From: an uncultured bacterium
Lineage (GTDB): Bacteria; Patescibacteriota; Minisyncoccia; UBA6257; 2-01-FULL-56-20
Length of the DNA: 64,000 bases
Direction: 5' to 3'
Assembly: GCA_963807165.1 (NCBI GenBank)
Contig: CAWDZM010000001.1
Location: 119,963 to 183,962 of the forward strand
In this document: piece by piece, positions 17,639-27,753 of the stretch
How positions within the stretch are numbered: position 1 is the first letter of the stretch
Layout: every line of letters starts with the position of its first letter
Translations under genes and position numbers: made by a program
The notes under the pieces: model-generated
What the model saw: the letters and a program-made list of their open reading frames with translations, nothing else
Told to the model about the DNA's origin: nothing
Database searches by the model: none

Positions 17639-17670
17639 AAAAACACCTCGGCAATCGCCGGGGTGTTTTT
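17639..17670 (+). terminator. Intrinsic terminator
   Basis: AAAAACACCTCGGC-AATC-GCCGGGGTGTTTTT. Confidence 0.75.
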
Positions 17671-17698
17671 TATTTCCGCAATCATTTATAATCGTGGA

Positions 17699-20398
17699 AT
17701 GCTTGAAGGAATCAAAAAAATATTCCAAAAGCGCTCGCTCGTGGCGCTGGAGGAAAAAGTTAAGGAAATCAATGCGTCGGAACCCGCGCTTGCGGCGCTC
17801 TCGAACGAGGAATTGACCGCAAAAAGCCTGGCATTACGGGAGCGGGCAAAGGCAAACGCGCAGGCGGGTGGTCAGGAAAGGGCACTCGATGAGGTTGCCG
17901 TAGAAGCGTTCGCGCTTGTGCGCGAAGCGGCGAAGCGCACGCTCGGCCAGCGCCCCTTCGATGTGCAGTTGCTTGGCGGACTCGTGCTCCATCGCGGCGC
18001 TGTTGCCGAGATGATGACCGGAGAAGGCAAGACGCTCGCCGGCGTCGCGCCGGCATACTTGAACGCACTCGCGGGCAAGGGCGTGCACGTCGTCACCGTC
18101 AACGAATATCTTTCCCGGCGCGACGCCGTGTGGATGGGAAAGATCTATCGCTTACTCGGACTCACCGTCGGATCGATCATCCCGGGTGCGGCGTTCGTCT
18201 ACGATCCGGAATGGGAGATCCCGAAGGCCGACGAGGCCGCAGAAGAAAAGAAAGTGGAGACCACCGGAAGTTTTTTGGTGCAACAGGAATTTTTGCGGCC
18301 GGTTTCGCGGCGCGATGCGTACAAGGCGGACATCACCTACGGCACCAACCACGAATTCGGTTTTGACTATCTGCGCGACAACTTGGTCTATCGCATTGAG
18401 GATCGCGTCCAGCGCGGCCACAACTTTGCCATTATCGACGAGGTGGACAGCATATTAATAGACGAGGCCCGGACACCGCTCATCATCGCCGCGCCGGACG
18501 CCCAGTCGAGCGACTTTTATAAGGCATTTGCCCGGATCGCGACCAATCTGGAAAAAGACGCGGATTACGAGGTTGATGAGAAGAAGAAATCCATCACGAT
18601 CACCGACGCAGGCGTGGAAAAGGTAGAGAAGCTGATTGGCGTGCAAAATATCTACGCGCCAGAGAATATTCGCCTCGTCCACTATATGGAAGAGAGCGTT
18701 AAGGCAAAGGCTCTTTTTACCCGCGATAAGGATTACGTGGTAAAGAATGGGGAGGTATATATAGTAGACGAGTTCACCGGGCGCTTGCTTGTCGGCCGGC
18801 GCTATCAGGCGGGATTACATCAAGCGATCGAAGCAAAGGAGGGCGTGAACGTCCAACAGGAGTCGCGCACCTATGCGAAGGTTTCCATCCAAAACTATTT
18901 CCGCATGTACGCGAAAATTTCCGGTATGACGGGAACAGCGCAGACGTCGGCTGAGGAATTTTTTAAAGTATATAAATTGGAAGTGGAAAGCATTCCGCCG
19001 AACCGCGGGTTGGCGCGCAAAGATTTGAACGATCTTATTTATAAAAACTTTGGTGCAAAGCTGAATGCGATCGCGGCGGATGTTAAGGAGCGGCAGAAAA
19101 AAGGCCAGCCGGTGCTGCTTGGCACAACTTCTATTGCTAAGAATGAACTGATCAGCGCGGCGCTCTCGCAGGCGGGGATTCAGCACGAGGTATTGAACGC
19201 AAAGAACAACGAGCGCGAAGGCGCGATCATCGCACAGGCGGGGCATTCCGGCGCGGTGACGGTGGCGACGAACGTCGCCGGGCGTGGAGTGGATATTCTG
19301 CTTGGCGGCAACCCGCCGGACGCGGCGGAGGCAGAGAAGGTGCGCGGACTCGGCGGCCTCCACGTGATCGGCACCGATCGCCACGAGGCGCGGCGCATCG
19401 ACAACCAGCTACGCGGCCGCGCCGGACGCCAAGGCGATCCTGGCTCATCGCAATTCTTCCTTTCGCTCGATGACGATTTACTCCGCATCTTTGGCGGCGA
19501 CCGCATCAAAGGCATGATGGAGCGTTTTGATCTTCCGGAAAACGAGCCTATCGAGTTTGGTATGGTCACAAAGGCCGTCGAACAGGCGCAGGAAAAAGTG
19601 GAGGGCGCAAACTTCGATATGCGCAAACATCTTCTTGAATACGACGATGTGCTGAATCGTCAGCGTAGTGCTGTCTATAAACGCCGCGCGGAGTTTTTGG
19701 AATTGGCAGATAAGGAGCTGATCGCTGGCGTCATTGCCGATGCGGCGATCGCGCACTTTACCGCGGCGATCGCGCCGGGCTTTGCGCAATTCGGCGCCGA
19801 GCGCGAAGCGGCAGTTGCGGAAGCGAGCAAGGCGTTTAAGGAAGCGGGGATTGCCATGGATGTTGAGGCACTTCATACCGAAGATGATTTCATCCAAGCT
19901 ATCCGCGAAAAGAGCGCCGTCGTTGCCGAACACGCGCTTATCAAAAATCAGATCATTGGAATCCTCGACATGCTGTGGATGACGAACCTGGAGGATCTTG
20001 AAGCGGTGCAGGAAGCCGTCGGCCTCCGCGCATATGCTCAGCATGATCCGCTCGTCGAATACCGACACGAGGCAAGCGTCCTGTTCAAAAATTTCTGGGG
20101 AAATTTCAACGCATGGATATTCAATAACATGTTCAAGCTGGCGGCGCAGGTGCCGCAGGGCGGGGGAGCGACAGGCGCGAGTGCGTCAGGCAATGCCGGT
20201 GGCGCTGCTACGTTCGGTTTGAATATCCCTACCGCCACGCCTGCGAGCGAGATGGGCTCTGGGCCGAAGATCGGGCGCAACGACCCGTGCCCGTGCGGCA
20301 GCAAGAAAAAATGGAAGCATTGCGGGCTTTTGAATACCGAAGAACATCAGATGAATATGGCGCAGGGCGGGGCAAAACACGAGGTTTCTGGGGGATAA
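17699..20398 (+). CDS. secA: Preprotein translocase ATPase SecA
   Basis: MMTGEGKTL, DEVDSILIDEARTPLII, RRIDNQLRGRAGRQGDPG, SEC-C GRNDPCPCGS. Confidence 0.98.
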   Translation: MLEGIKKIFQKRSLVALEEKVKEINASEPALAALSNEELTAKSLALRERAKANAQAGGQERALDEVAVEAFALVREAAKRTLGQRPFDVQLLGGLVLHRGAVAEMMTGEGKTLAGVAPAYLNALAGKGVHVVTVNEYLSRRDAVWMGKIYRLLGLTVGSIIPGAAFVYDPEWEIPKADEAAEEKKVETTGSFLVQQEFLRPVSRRDAYKADITYGTNHEFGFDYLRDNLVYRIEDRVQRGHNFAIIDEVDSILIDEARTPLIIAAPDAQSSDFYKAFARIATNLEKDADYEVDEKKKSITITDAGVEKVEKLIGVQNIYAPENIRLVHYMEESVKAKALFTRDKDYVVKNGEVYIVDEFTGRLLVGRRYQAGLHQAIEAKEGVNVQQESRTYAKVSIQNYFRMYAKISGMTGTAQTSAEEFFKVYKLEVESIPPNRGLARKDLNDLIYKNFGAKLNAIAADVKERQKKGQPVLLGTTSIAKNELISAALSQAGIQHEVLNAKNNEREGAIIAQAGHSGAVTVATNVAGRGVDILLGGNPPDAAEAEKVRGLGGLHVIGTDRHEARRIDNQLRGRAGRQGDPGSSQFFLSLDDDLLRIFGGDRIKGMMERFDLPENEPIEFGMVTKAVEQAQEKVEGANFDMRKHLLEYDDVLNRQRSAVYKRRAEFLELADKELIAGVIADAAIAHFTAAIAPGFAQFGAEREAAVAEASKAFKEAGIAMDVEALHTEDDFIQAIREKSAVVAEHALIKNQIIGILDMLWMTNLEDLEAVQEAVGLRAYAQHDPLVEYRHEASVLFKNFWGNFNAWIFNNMFKLAAQVPQGGGATGASASGNAGGAATFGLNIPTATPASEMGSGPKIGRNDPCPCGSKKKWKHCGLLNTEEHQMNMAQGGAKHEVSGG

Positions 20399-20463
20399 AG
20401 CCGGCAAAACGCCATCTCGGTTGAGTATTGACAGTATCTAAAAAAGATGCTAGAATTCAGTCC

Positions 20464-21438
20464 ATGGAGAACAATAGCAATAAAGCCAAGTGGAAAATTG
20501 CGACCCTCCCACGCGTTCAGGCAGATGCCTTGATCTCGTGTTTTTTACTTACTTATTTTGGAGAGGGACAGTATCCCGGGATTAAAGAAGCGGAGTATTG
20601 TTTTTGGGTGGACATTCCGGAAGGAAAAACTTCAGACGAACTTGAGAAGGAAGGATACATTCTTCTTGACATGGGAGGAGGAAAGTTCGACCATCACGTT
20701 GCCGAAGGAAATCATCGCGAAAAATGCATGTCGCAATTGGTGGCGGAACATCTTGGTATCCATAAACAGCAATCGGTCAGAAAACTTTTGGAGTATGCCC
20801 GTCGCGACGATCTTTTGGGAAAGGGGACCATCTCCAACGATCCTATCGATCGCGCATTTGGTCTTTCCGGCCTCATCAATAATTTGAATCGCACGATGCC
20901 CGATGATCAGTTGTCAGTATTGAAGACGATCATGCCGTTGTTCGTCGCGCATTATATAGAAGAGCGAAAACGCTCCGAAGATTTCCCTCGGGAATTTCAG
21001 GAGAAGATAAACAATGGGAAGATGCATATGATTGTCCTTGAGACGGCGCGTGGCGCAATAAAGATGGCGATCATCGAGACGGACGAGATCGGTATGGCGG
21101 GATATCTTCGCGCCCAGCAAGGCGTTGATCTTGTGGTGCAGAAAATGTCGTCCGGGCACGTGAATATCATTACTCAGCAGAAAAAAGAGCTCGAGCTCTC
21201 CCAGATCGCGAAGTTTCTGCGCATGGCGGAAGCGGAGGAGAAGGGGATCGCGGATACACTCCAGGAAGCTGATCTGATAAACCCCGGAAGGATTGCGGGA
21301 GTGGAGGAATGGTATTTCGACATCCGGGCACGAACGATCCAGAACGGCGGCATTCGTCCTCAGTGGACGATCCCGACAAAGCTTTCATTGGCAATGATCG
21401 GCGAGATTATAAGACAAGCAGCAGCTATCAAAATTTAA
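20464..21438 (+). CDS. DHH/MYG1-like putative phosphoesterase
   Basis: LLDMGGGKFDHH and an N-terminal QADAL acidic motif; promoter TTGACA-N17-TAGAAT-N7-ATG. Confidence 0.6.
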   Translation: MENNSNKAKWKIATLPRVQADALISCFLLTYFGEGQYPGIKEAEYCFWVDIPEGKTSDELEKEGYILLDMGGGKFDHHVAEGNHREKCMSQLVAEHLGIHKQQSVRKLLEYARRDDLLGKGTISNDPIDRAFGLSGLINNLNRTMPDDQLSVLKTIMPLFVAHYIEERKRSEDFPREFQEKINNGKMHMIVLETARGAIKMAIIETDEIGMAGYLRAQQGVDLVVQKMSSGHVNIITQQKKELELSQIAKFLRMAEAEEKGIADTLQEADLINPGRIAGVEEWYFDIRARTIQNGGIRPQWTIPTKLSLAMIGEIIRQAAAIKI

Positions 21439-21439
21439 C

Positions 21440-21493
21440 AAGCGGTCACGCGATTGTCCGGAACGAATGTTCTTGCCAATCGCGTGACCGCTT
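21440..21493. terminator. Perfect 17-bp hairpin
   Basis: AAGCGGTCACGCGATTG / CAATCGCGTGACCGCTT directly after the stop at 21438. Confidence 0.65.
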
Positions 21494-21614
21494 ACTGGGC
21501 ACGATCGGAGCCGCTGTGGCACTGATAGGGCGTTCTGCAGAATAATGCACCGCCAAGCAGTTCATTTACAACCGCACTTTCGCCTCAAGCGAAAGGATCT
21601 CACTAGGAGGGATC

Positions 21615-22688
21615 ATGCCAGTTTCCAAGCCCGTTAGAGTTATCGTGTTCCCCGCGAACCCCCCAATCGACAAGTATGTTGCCGCTCGCCGGGTTCTCAA
21701 TGACAACACGCAGTATCAGGTGGTCGTCGAGTTCTGCAATGTCAACCAGCCGACGTCCGAGCATCTGGCAAAGTGGAGCGCAAGGTGTTCACCCGGCGTT
21801 GAGCCGTATCTCGTTGATATCGGCGACAAGAAGTATCACGGGTTAGGGTCTTCTGCCGCAGAGGTGGAGCTCGCCGCATCAGAGACGCGGGAAAGCCGAA
21901 TACTCCGGCATCTCGTTGACCTCGTCAACGAAAACAACAGAACCGGCAACCTCAAGAACCGCCTGCATCCGATCGCCAAGATTATGCGGGACGCCTACCA
22001 TGTCATGAACGGCAACGACTCTTCTCAGACTGTGGTCTTTGACCACGGGATGGATGTGGTTAACGCATACTTCATGGATCATGGACGTCGCTCTTGGGAC
22101 ACGCTTTCCAACCCCGAGTATGCTGAACTCAAAACACTGTGGGATGGGTTCAACGTTTCGGAAAATGAAGTGCTTGATTTCACCCTTCCGCTTTACTTCA
22201 AGCAGCTCTTTACGAGCGGCCGAAGCGCGGAGGAGATCGTCGAAAAGATCTCCTGGTGGATCAAGAAAGCCAAGATGGCTGCCGATCGCCGTGCTGCGAT
22301 CAGGGGCACGAAGTATGAGATCCGCAAGTTCAAGATTCAAGGTTACGCTGCGGGGCTCGTTCACATCACGGATTACTTCGAGGCGGAGGAAGCTCCTTAC
22401 AAGCTGTTCGGCGACAAGACTCTCGAGCTTTCGCTGCTGATCATCCGGGACGCGCAGGGGCACGTGCACATCAAGAGCTCCTACCGTTATCCGGGGATCA
22501 ACCTGGATAAGCTGTTCGAGGTGTTGGACAAGCTGGAGCCGGGGCTTTGGTACTTCGAGAAGCGGTTCAAAGCGGGGCCGATGATCATGAACGGCTCTCG
22601 CCAGTTTACCGGAGTTGCCTCCACTGAATTGTCTGACGGAGACATCTGCCAGTTAGCGCACGAGTTTGTAACGTTTGATAAGAAGTAG
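21615..22688 (+). CDS. Hypothetical protein, probable divergent paralog of 20464-21438
   Basis: YLVDIGDKKYH, GHVHI and WYFE...IMNG match motifs of the upstream protein; SD AGGAGG. Confidence 0.65.
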   Translation: MPVSKPVRVIVFPANPPIDKYVAARRVLNDNTQYQVVVEFCNVNQPTSEHLAKWSARCSPGVEPYLVDIGDKKYHGLGSSAAEVELAASETRESRILRHLVDLVNENNRTGNLKNRLHPIAKIMRDAYHVMNGNDSSQTVVFDHGMDVVNAYFMDHGRRSWDTLSNPEYAELKTLWDGFNVSENEVLDFTLPLYFKQLFTSGRSAEEIVEKISWWIKKAKMAADRRAAIRGTKYEIRKFKIQGYAAGLVHITDYFEAEEAPYKLFGDKTLELSLLIIRDAQGHVHIKSSYRYPGINLDKLFEVLDKLEPGLWYFEKRFKAGPMIMNGSRQFTGVASTELSDGDICQLAHEFVTFDKK

Positions 22689-22791
22689 TTCTTTGATCGT
22701 CGAAAGACGATATTCGGCCCAGGCCAGCGATTATTCGCTGCGTTCTGGGCCTTTCTTCTATTCATTATGACTTTTTGTTATACTCATCCCG

Positions 22792-23115
22792 ATGACCATA
22801 GACGAGTTTCAAAAGTCCGACCTGCGGGTCGGAAAAATAGTTTCCGCGGAACGCGTGGAGGGTTCGGAGAAGCTCTTGAAGCTTCAGGTCGACATCGCCG
22901 AGCCGGAACCGCGCCAGATCCTTTCGGGCATCGCCAAGGCGTATGCGCCGGAGGATATTGTGGGCAAGAGCGTGGTGATCATCGCCAACCTCGAGCCGCG
23001 CATGATGATGGGCGAGGAGTCGAATGGGATGCTGCTCGCGGCGCATGGTGTGGACGGGTCGCCCGTGCTTTTCTTTCCGGCAAGCGATGTTCCTCCGGGC
23101 GCAAAAATCTCATAG
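22792..23115 (+). CDS. tRNA-binding OB-fold protein (MetG C-terminal/CsaA-like)
   Basis: IDEFQKSDLRVGKI...KLLKLQVD...RQILSGI...NLEPRMMMGEESNGMLLAA. Confidence 0.9.
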   Translation: MTIDEFQKSDLRVGKIVSAERVEGSEKLLKLQVDIAEPEPRQILSGIAKAYAPEDIVGKSVVIIANLEPRMMMGEESNGMLLAAHGVDGSPVLFFPASDVPPGAKIS

Positions 23116-23139
23116 CGTAAAAATTTCTGAAAAACCAGT

Positions 23140-23670
23140 ATGAAAAAAGGTATTTTACTCGCAGTATACGTAGTGGTCGCGGCGGCGATCATCGGGGTGG
23201 GGGCGTGGTATGCGAATACATTGACCCAACCATCCGAACAGCCTTCGGCACAGCCGCAAGTGGCTGCAACACAAACGACGCAGGCAGTAACATCAACACA
23301 GCAGACACAAAATAATACTCAAACAACTATGGATGGATTAGTAATAAAGGATGACGTGGTAGGAACGGGCGCGGTCGCGCAGATGGGCGACACGGTGACG
23401 GTCAATTACACGGGCAAGTTAGACAATGGCACGGTCTTCGACAGTTCGCTCAACCCGGGCCGGACACCGTTCAGCTTTACAATTGGCGGCAACGTCATTC
23501 AGGGATGGAATGAAGGCGTCCCGGGCATGAAGATTGGCGGCACGCGCGAGCTTACCATCCCGCCAGCGCTCGGCTACGGCGCGCAAGGCGCAGGTTCCGT
23601 GATCCCTCCGAACGCAACGTTGCACTTTACCGTCACGCTGCTCTCGGTATCCACGTCTTCCGGGCAGTAA
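23140..23670 (+). CDS. FKBP-type peptidyl-prolyl isomerase, membrane anchored
   Basis: VNYTGKL...FDSS...VIQGWNEG...IPPALGYG...IPPNATLHF. Confidence 0.95.
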   Translation: MKKGILLAVYVVVAAAIIGVGAWYANTLTQPSEQPSAQPQVAATQTTQAVTSTQQTQNNTQTTMDGLVIKDDVVGTGAVAQMGDTVTVNYTGKLDNGTVFDSSLNPGRTPFSFTIGGNVIQGWNEGVPGMKIGGTRELTIPPALGYGAQGAGSVIPPNATLHFTVTLLSVSTSSGQ

Positions 23671-23761
23671 GTAAAATAGCGAAAAAATATAAAAAGACTC
23701 ATTTTTAAAATGGGTCTTTTTAATATCATTAGTTTTCAGAAAGAAAAGGTAAATAATTTTG

Positions 23762-23877
23762 CCACATACTAGGAGCATGCCCTTTGAGGGTATCGCGGAG
23801 CCGCGAAGGCGGCGAGCGTAAGGGACCGCGCAGCAGCGCGGAACCCGTCCCTCAAGGGGTATGCTCCTGGTATGTGG
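23762..23877. repeat. Family-2 palindromic element, copy B (opposite orientation)
   Basis: 29-bp arms 23762-23790 / 23849-23877 with three G.U pairs around the conserved two-hairpin core. Confidence 0.85.
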
Positions 23878-23947
23878 GTGGTTTTCTTTATCTTTTCTTG
23901 ATAATTTATTTAATATATTTTTAATGTCGGTAGTGTATGGTGGAGGT

Positions 23948-24622
23948 ATGAAAATCTTATTAATCGAGGACGAGCGGGAGATAGCGCATTTTATTATTAA
24001 TGGGCTCAAGGCGGAGCACTTCACGGTCGATTGGGCGGAGGGCGGTGCGAAAGGGCTTATGTGGGCAAAGGTCAATCCATATGATCTTGCGATTATCGAC
24101 ATCAATCTCGGCAACAACGAAAACGGTATCGATATTTGCGGAGAGATTCGCGCGAAGGGCAGAATGTTTCCGATCATTATGCTTTCGGTGGTGAATGACG
24201 CGCACACCAAGATCGAGGCGCTGAACATCGGCGCGGATGATTATCTTACTAAGCCATTTTTTGTGGCGGAGCTCCTTGCCCGCGTCCGCGCGCTTTTGCG
24301 CCGTGAGAAGAAGCTGATCGGGCCAAAGCTCATCATCGCTGACCTTGTGATGGACACGCTCGCGCACACCGTTAGGCGCGCGGGAGTGGAGATCAAGCTG
24401 AACCGCAAGGAGTTCACCTTGCTGGAATATTTTATGCGCAACGCCGGTACTACGCTTACGCGTGGCATGATCCTTGAACACGTGTGGGATATTAACGCCG
24501 ACCCGTTTACCAACACGGTGGACGTGCACGTGCGCTTCCTCCGCGCAAAGATAGACGAAGGGCACGAACAAAAACTTATCAAAACGGTGCATGGATATGG
24601 TTACAGAATCGAAGGTGTATAA
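23948..24622 (+). CDS. OmpR-family response regulator (no adjacent kinase)
   Basis: MKILLIEDE, IIDINL, GADDYLTKPF, winged helix ending TVHGYGY. Confidence 0.93.
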   Translation: MKILLIEDEREIAHFIINGLKAEHFTVDWAEGGAKGLMWAKVNPYDLAIIDINLGNNENGIDICGEIRAKGRMFPIIMLSVVNDAHTKIEALNIGADDYLTKPFFVAELLARVRALLRREKKLIGPKLIIADLVMDTLAHTVRRAGVEIKLNRKEFTLLEYFMRNAGTTLTRGMILEHVWDINADPFTNTVDVHVRFLRAKIDEGHEQKLIKTVHGYGYRIEGV

Positions 24623-24632
24623 TAGAGAAACC

Positions 24633-27086
24633 ATGACTAACCAAAAATCATCTCTTCCAACCACATTTGTCGTGCTCGGCGTTACGGGCGATCTTATGAC
24701 CAAAAAGATCGCGCCTGCGCTTTTTAATCTGCACGAAAAAGGCCTGTTGCCGCCGCACTTTCGCCTGGTGGGCGTCTCGCGCCGCGACTGGACGGACGAT
24801 GACCTGAAGCGTCACATTCAGGCAATTTTGGAGGTGCGGGTAAAGAACGCCTCGCCAGCGTCCGTCGCATCGTTTTTGAAGACCGTTGTCTATCACAAGA
24901 TCACGTTCGATGCGTTTGCGGATTACGTGGCGCTCGGCGATGCGCTCAAGAAAATCGACGACGAACACGGCGCGTGCTCGAACAAGCTCTTCTATCTTTC
25001 TGTGCCGCCACAGTTCTACGACATGATCTTTACGAACATCCACAAGGCGCGGCTGACGGAGCTATGCGATGCATCGACGGGCGGTTGGACGCGCGTGGTG
25101 GTGGAGAAGCCATTTGGCAGTGATGAGAAGAGCGCGAAGGCGCTCGACGAACGCATTGCGCGGCTATTCAAAGAAGAGCAGGTGTATCGCATTGATCATT
25201 ATTTGGCGAAGGAGACGTTGCAGAATATTTTGACATTCCGGTTCCTTAACAATCTTTTTGAAGATAATTGGGGACGCGATCTGATCGAAAAGATTTATGT
25301 GCGCGAACTGGAGAACGTGGGCGCGGAGGATCGCGGGCCTTTTTATGAAAGCGTCGGCGCTCTGCGTGACGTCGGCCAGAATCATCTGCTCGAGATGATC
25401 GCGCTTATTGCGATGGATCAACCACACGACATGAGCGCCGACGCGATCCGTGCCGCGCGCGCGGCGGTGCTCGAAACGATCAAGCCGATTACGCCATCCG
25501 AAATGTCTAAAAAAACATTCCGCGCGCAGTACGATGGCTATCGCGCTATTAAAGGTGTGGATCCCAAGTCCGGCGTGGAAACGTATTTCAAGCTTGCACT
25601 CCAGCTGACACATCCGCGCTGGCAGGGCGTGCCAATATTTATAGAGGCAGGCAAGCGCATCATCGACCCCAAGCGCAACGAGGAGGTGACGGAGATCGAG
25701 GTGGTGTTCAAGCACGAGACTCCGTGTCTCTGTGCGCTCTACGGCGCCGGTGCGCCGGGCGCGAACGTGCCGATGCACTTCAAGAACTCCATCACATTCC
25801 GGCAGGATCCGCATGAGAGCATTACGATCCGCTTCTGGGCAAAGAAGCCGGGGATCGGCATGGAAATGGAAGAGCGCGTATTCAACGTGGATCTCCGCCA
25901 GGGTGAGCGCAAGTCGCAGTACACGGAAGAGTACGAAAAGCTCTTGCTCGATTGCATCAACGGCGACCAAACACTTTTCGTCTCGAGCCGCGAGGTCGCC
26001 GCAATGTGGCACTTCGTTGATCCCATTGTAAGGGGATGGGCGAAGGGTCTTGTGCCGCTCCGGCGCTACGCGCCGGATAGCGAAGCCGTTGTTGTTGAAG
26101 CGGCGACGTTGCTTGAGCCGCCGGAGAGCGCTACGGAAAAAGGCGCGGGCGCACGTGACAGAATCCGCAAAGAGATCGGTATCTTTGGTCTCGGCAAGAT
26201 GGGCGCAAACGTCGCACGGCAGTTGCACGAAAAGGGCTGGCGCGTCGTCGCATCCAACCGTTCGCCCGGGCCGGTGGAGATGATCCAAAAAGAGGGTATT
26301 CAGGGCGTGTTCACGCATTCGGAACTTGTGGCAGAGTTGAAATCGCCACGCATTATCTGGCTGATGATCACCGCCGGAAAGGGGAACGATGATCTGCTTT
26401 TTGGTAAAGATGGCATCGTGCAACATTTAAAGAAGGGCGATATCGTTATTGATGCCGCGAATGCATTTTACGAGGACTCCGTGCGCCGCGCAAAGCTGCT
26501 CAAAAAGCGCGGCATCCATTTTATGGACGTCGGATTTTCCGGTGGGCCGTCGGGCGCGCGCAACGGCGGATCACTCATGATCGGCGGCGAGCGCGAAATA
26601 TTCCAGCGCTTGGAGCCGCTCTTCCGCGACCTCTCCGTGCCGGGCGGCTATTCGTACTTCGGTTCCGCCGGCGCCGGCCACTTCGTAAAGATGGTGCACA
26701 ACGGCATCGAGTACGGCATGATGCAATCGCTCGCGGAAGGTTTTGCCATTATGAAAAAATCGCCGTTCAAGCTGGATCTCGAACAGGTGGCGAACGTTTA
26801 CAACCAAGGTAGCGTCATCGAGTCGCGCCTCGTGGGATGGTTGGAAGATGCGTATAAGCTCTACGGCCAGGATCTCAAGACCGTTTCCGGTTCCGTCGCG
26901 TACACCGGAGAAGGCGAGTGGACGGTCAAGACTGGCAAAAAATTAAAAGTGCCCGTGCCCGTTATTGAGGACTCGTTCAAGTTCCGCGTCCGCTCAAAGA
27001 AGTCGCCGAGCTATATCGGGAAGGTGTTGTCCGCGCTGCGAAATCGGTTTGGGGGGCATGCGATAGATCAGGGGAAGGGAAAATAG
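24633..27086 (+). CDS. zwf-gnd: Fused glucose-6-phosphate dehydrogenase / 6-phosphogluconate dehydrogenase
   Basis: N part: GVTGDL, VEKPFG, YRIDHYLAKE, RDVGQNH. C part: IGIFGLGKMG, SGGPSGAR, GAGHFVKMVHNGIEYG, LRNRFGGH. One continuous ORF. Confidence 0.92.
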   Translation: MTNQKSSLPTTFVVLGVTGDLMTKKIAPALFNLHEKGLLPPHFRLVGVSRRDWTDDDLKRHIQAILEVRVKNASPASVASFLKTVVYHKITFDAFADYVALGDALKKIDDEHGACSNKLFYLSVPPQFYDMIFTNIHKARLTELCDASTGGWTRVVVEKPFGSDEKSAKALDERIARLFKEEQVYRIDHYLAKETLQNILTFRFLNNLFEDNWGRDLIEKIYVRELENVGAEDRGPFYESVGALRDVGQNHLLEMIALIAMDQPHDMSADAIRAARAAVLETIKPITPSEMSKKTFRAQYDGYRAIKGVDPKSGVETYFKLALQLTHPRWQGVPIFIEAGKRIIDPKRNEEVTEIEVVFKHETPCLCALYGAGAPGANVPMHFKNSITFRQDPHESITIRFWAKKPGIGMEMEERVFNVDLRQGERKSQYTEEYEKLLLDCINGDQTLFVSSREVAAMWHFVDPIVRGWAKGLVPLRRYAPDSEAVVVEAATLLEPPESATEKGAGARDRIRKEIGIFGLGKMGANVARQLHEKGWRVVASNRSPGPVEMIQKEGIQGVFTHSELVAELKSPRIIWLMITAGKGNDDLLFGKDGIVQHLKKGDIVIDAANAFYEDSVRRAKLLKKRGIHFMDVGFSGGPSGARNGGSLMIGGEREIFQRLEPLFRDLSVPGGYSYFGSAGAGHFVKMVHNGIEYGMMQSLAEGFAIMKKSPFKLDLEQVANVYNQGSVIESRLVGWLEDAYKLYGQDLKTVSGSVAYTGEGEWTVKTGKKLKVPVPVIEDSFKFRVRSKKSPSYIGKVLSALRNRFGGHAIDQGKGK

Positions 27087-27190
27087 AAGAAAGAAAAGAA
27101 ATCACAGATGGTGGAGGCTGAATATGATAGAGATACTGTTCCCATGGATAACCCTGAAACTTTATGTTATAGTAATACGTATAAAGAGAC

Positions 27191-27397
27191 ATGAAAAAAC
27201 TCCTGAAATTTATGGGGATCAATAGACATCCAGAAGGTGTGGCGCTGGATAGAGCAGAGAAAAAAGAGCTTTTTGCCCTCTCTTCGAAGCGTTTTACCGA
27301 TTTGGATCACGAAGGAAGGCGAAGGCTTTTAGAGATTAGTGCTAAAGATTTTTCCAGAAAATTTTCTGGAGTGATTAAAGATCTTTCTCGTGAGTAA
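27191..27397 (+). CDS. Small protein, possible antitoxin of the downstream Fic/Doc remnant
   Basis: 68-aa ORF overlapping the start of the Fic remnant; AT-rich islet. Confidence 0.5.
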   Translation: MKKLLKFMGINRHPEGVALDRAEKKELFALSSKRFTDLDHEGRRRLLEISAKDFSRKFSGVIKDLSRE

Positions 27398-27753
27398 GTG
27401 GATCTATCCAGATAGAGAAACATTAAAATGGTGGGGAGAATATCTTGAAGACCCCACTATTCTTTGCATGAATTGCCGCTTACGCCAGGAATGGGTCAAC
27501 ACGGTATCTAACACCTTATTGTTATTAAATTCGATCATTATAACGATGAAATTTATCATAATGGAGCTCATGTCCTATATAAAGTTTGCAAAAATCATCA
27601 TTTTATAAACGGAAATAAGAGAGCTCCCTTATTGTTTTATGTCTTTTTTGCATCATTAATGGATATATGACACGTGATATACGGAAGAAATAAATAATCT
27701 TGCCAAACAAACTGCTGATATCAATGGAAGTCAAAATTATGAAGAGACATTAG
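27390..27753 (+). pseudogene. Fic/Doc toxin remnant, frameshifted
   Basis: Motif HHFINGNKR at 27596-27622 lies in a different frame from the 27390 ORF and is followed by an early stop. The end coordinate is approximate. Confidence 0.7.

Noticed and set aside
25164-26426. 420-aa minus-strand ORF and similar long antisense ORFs over secA, murF, ctpA and others
   Set aside because: Shadow frames of well-supported genes, caused by codon bias; no recognisable motifs.
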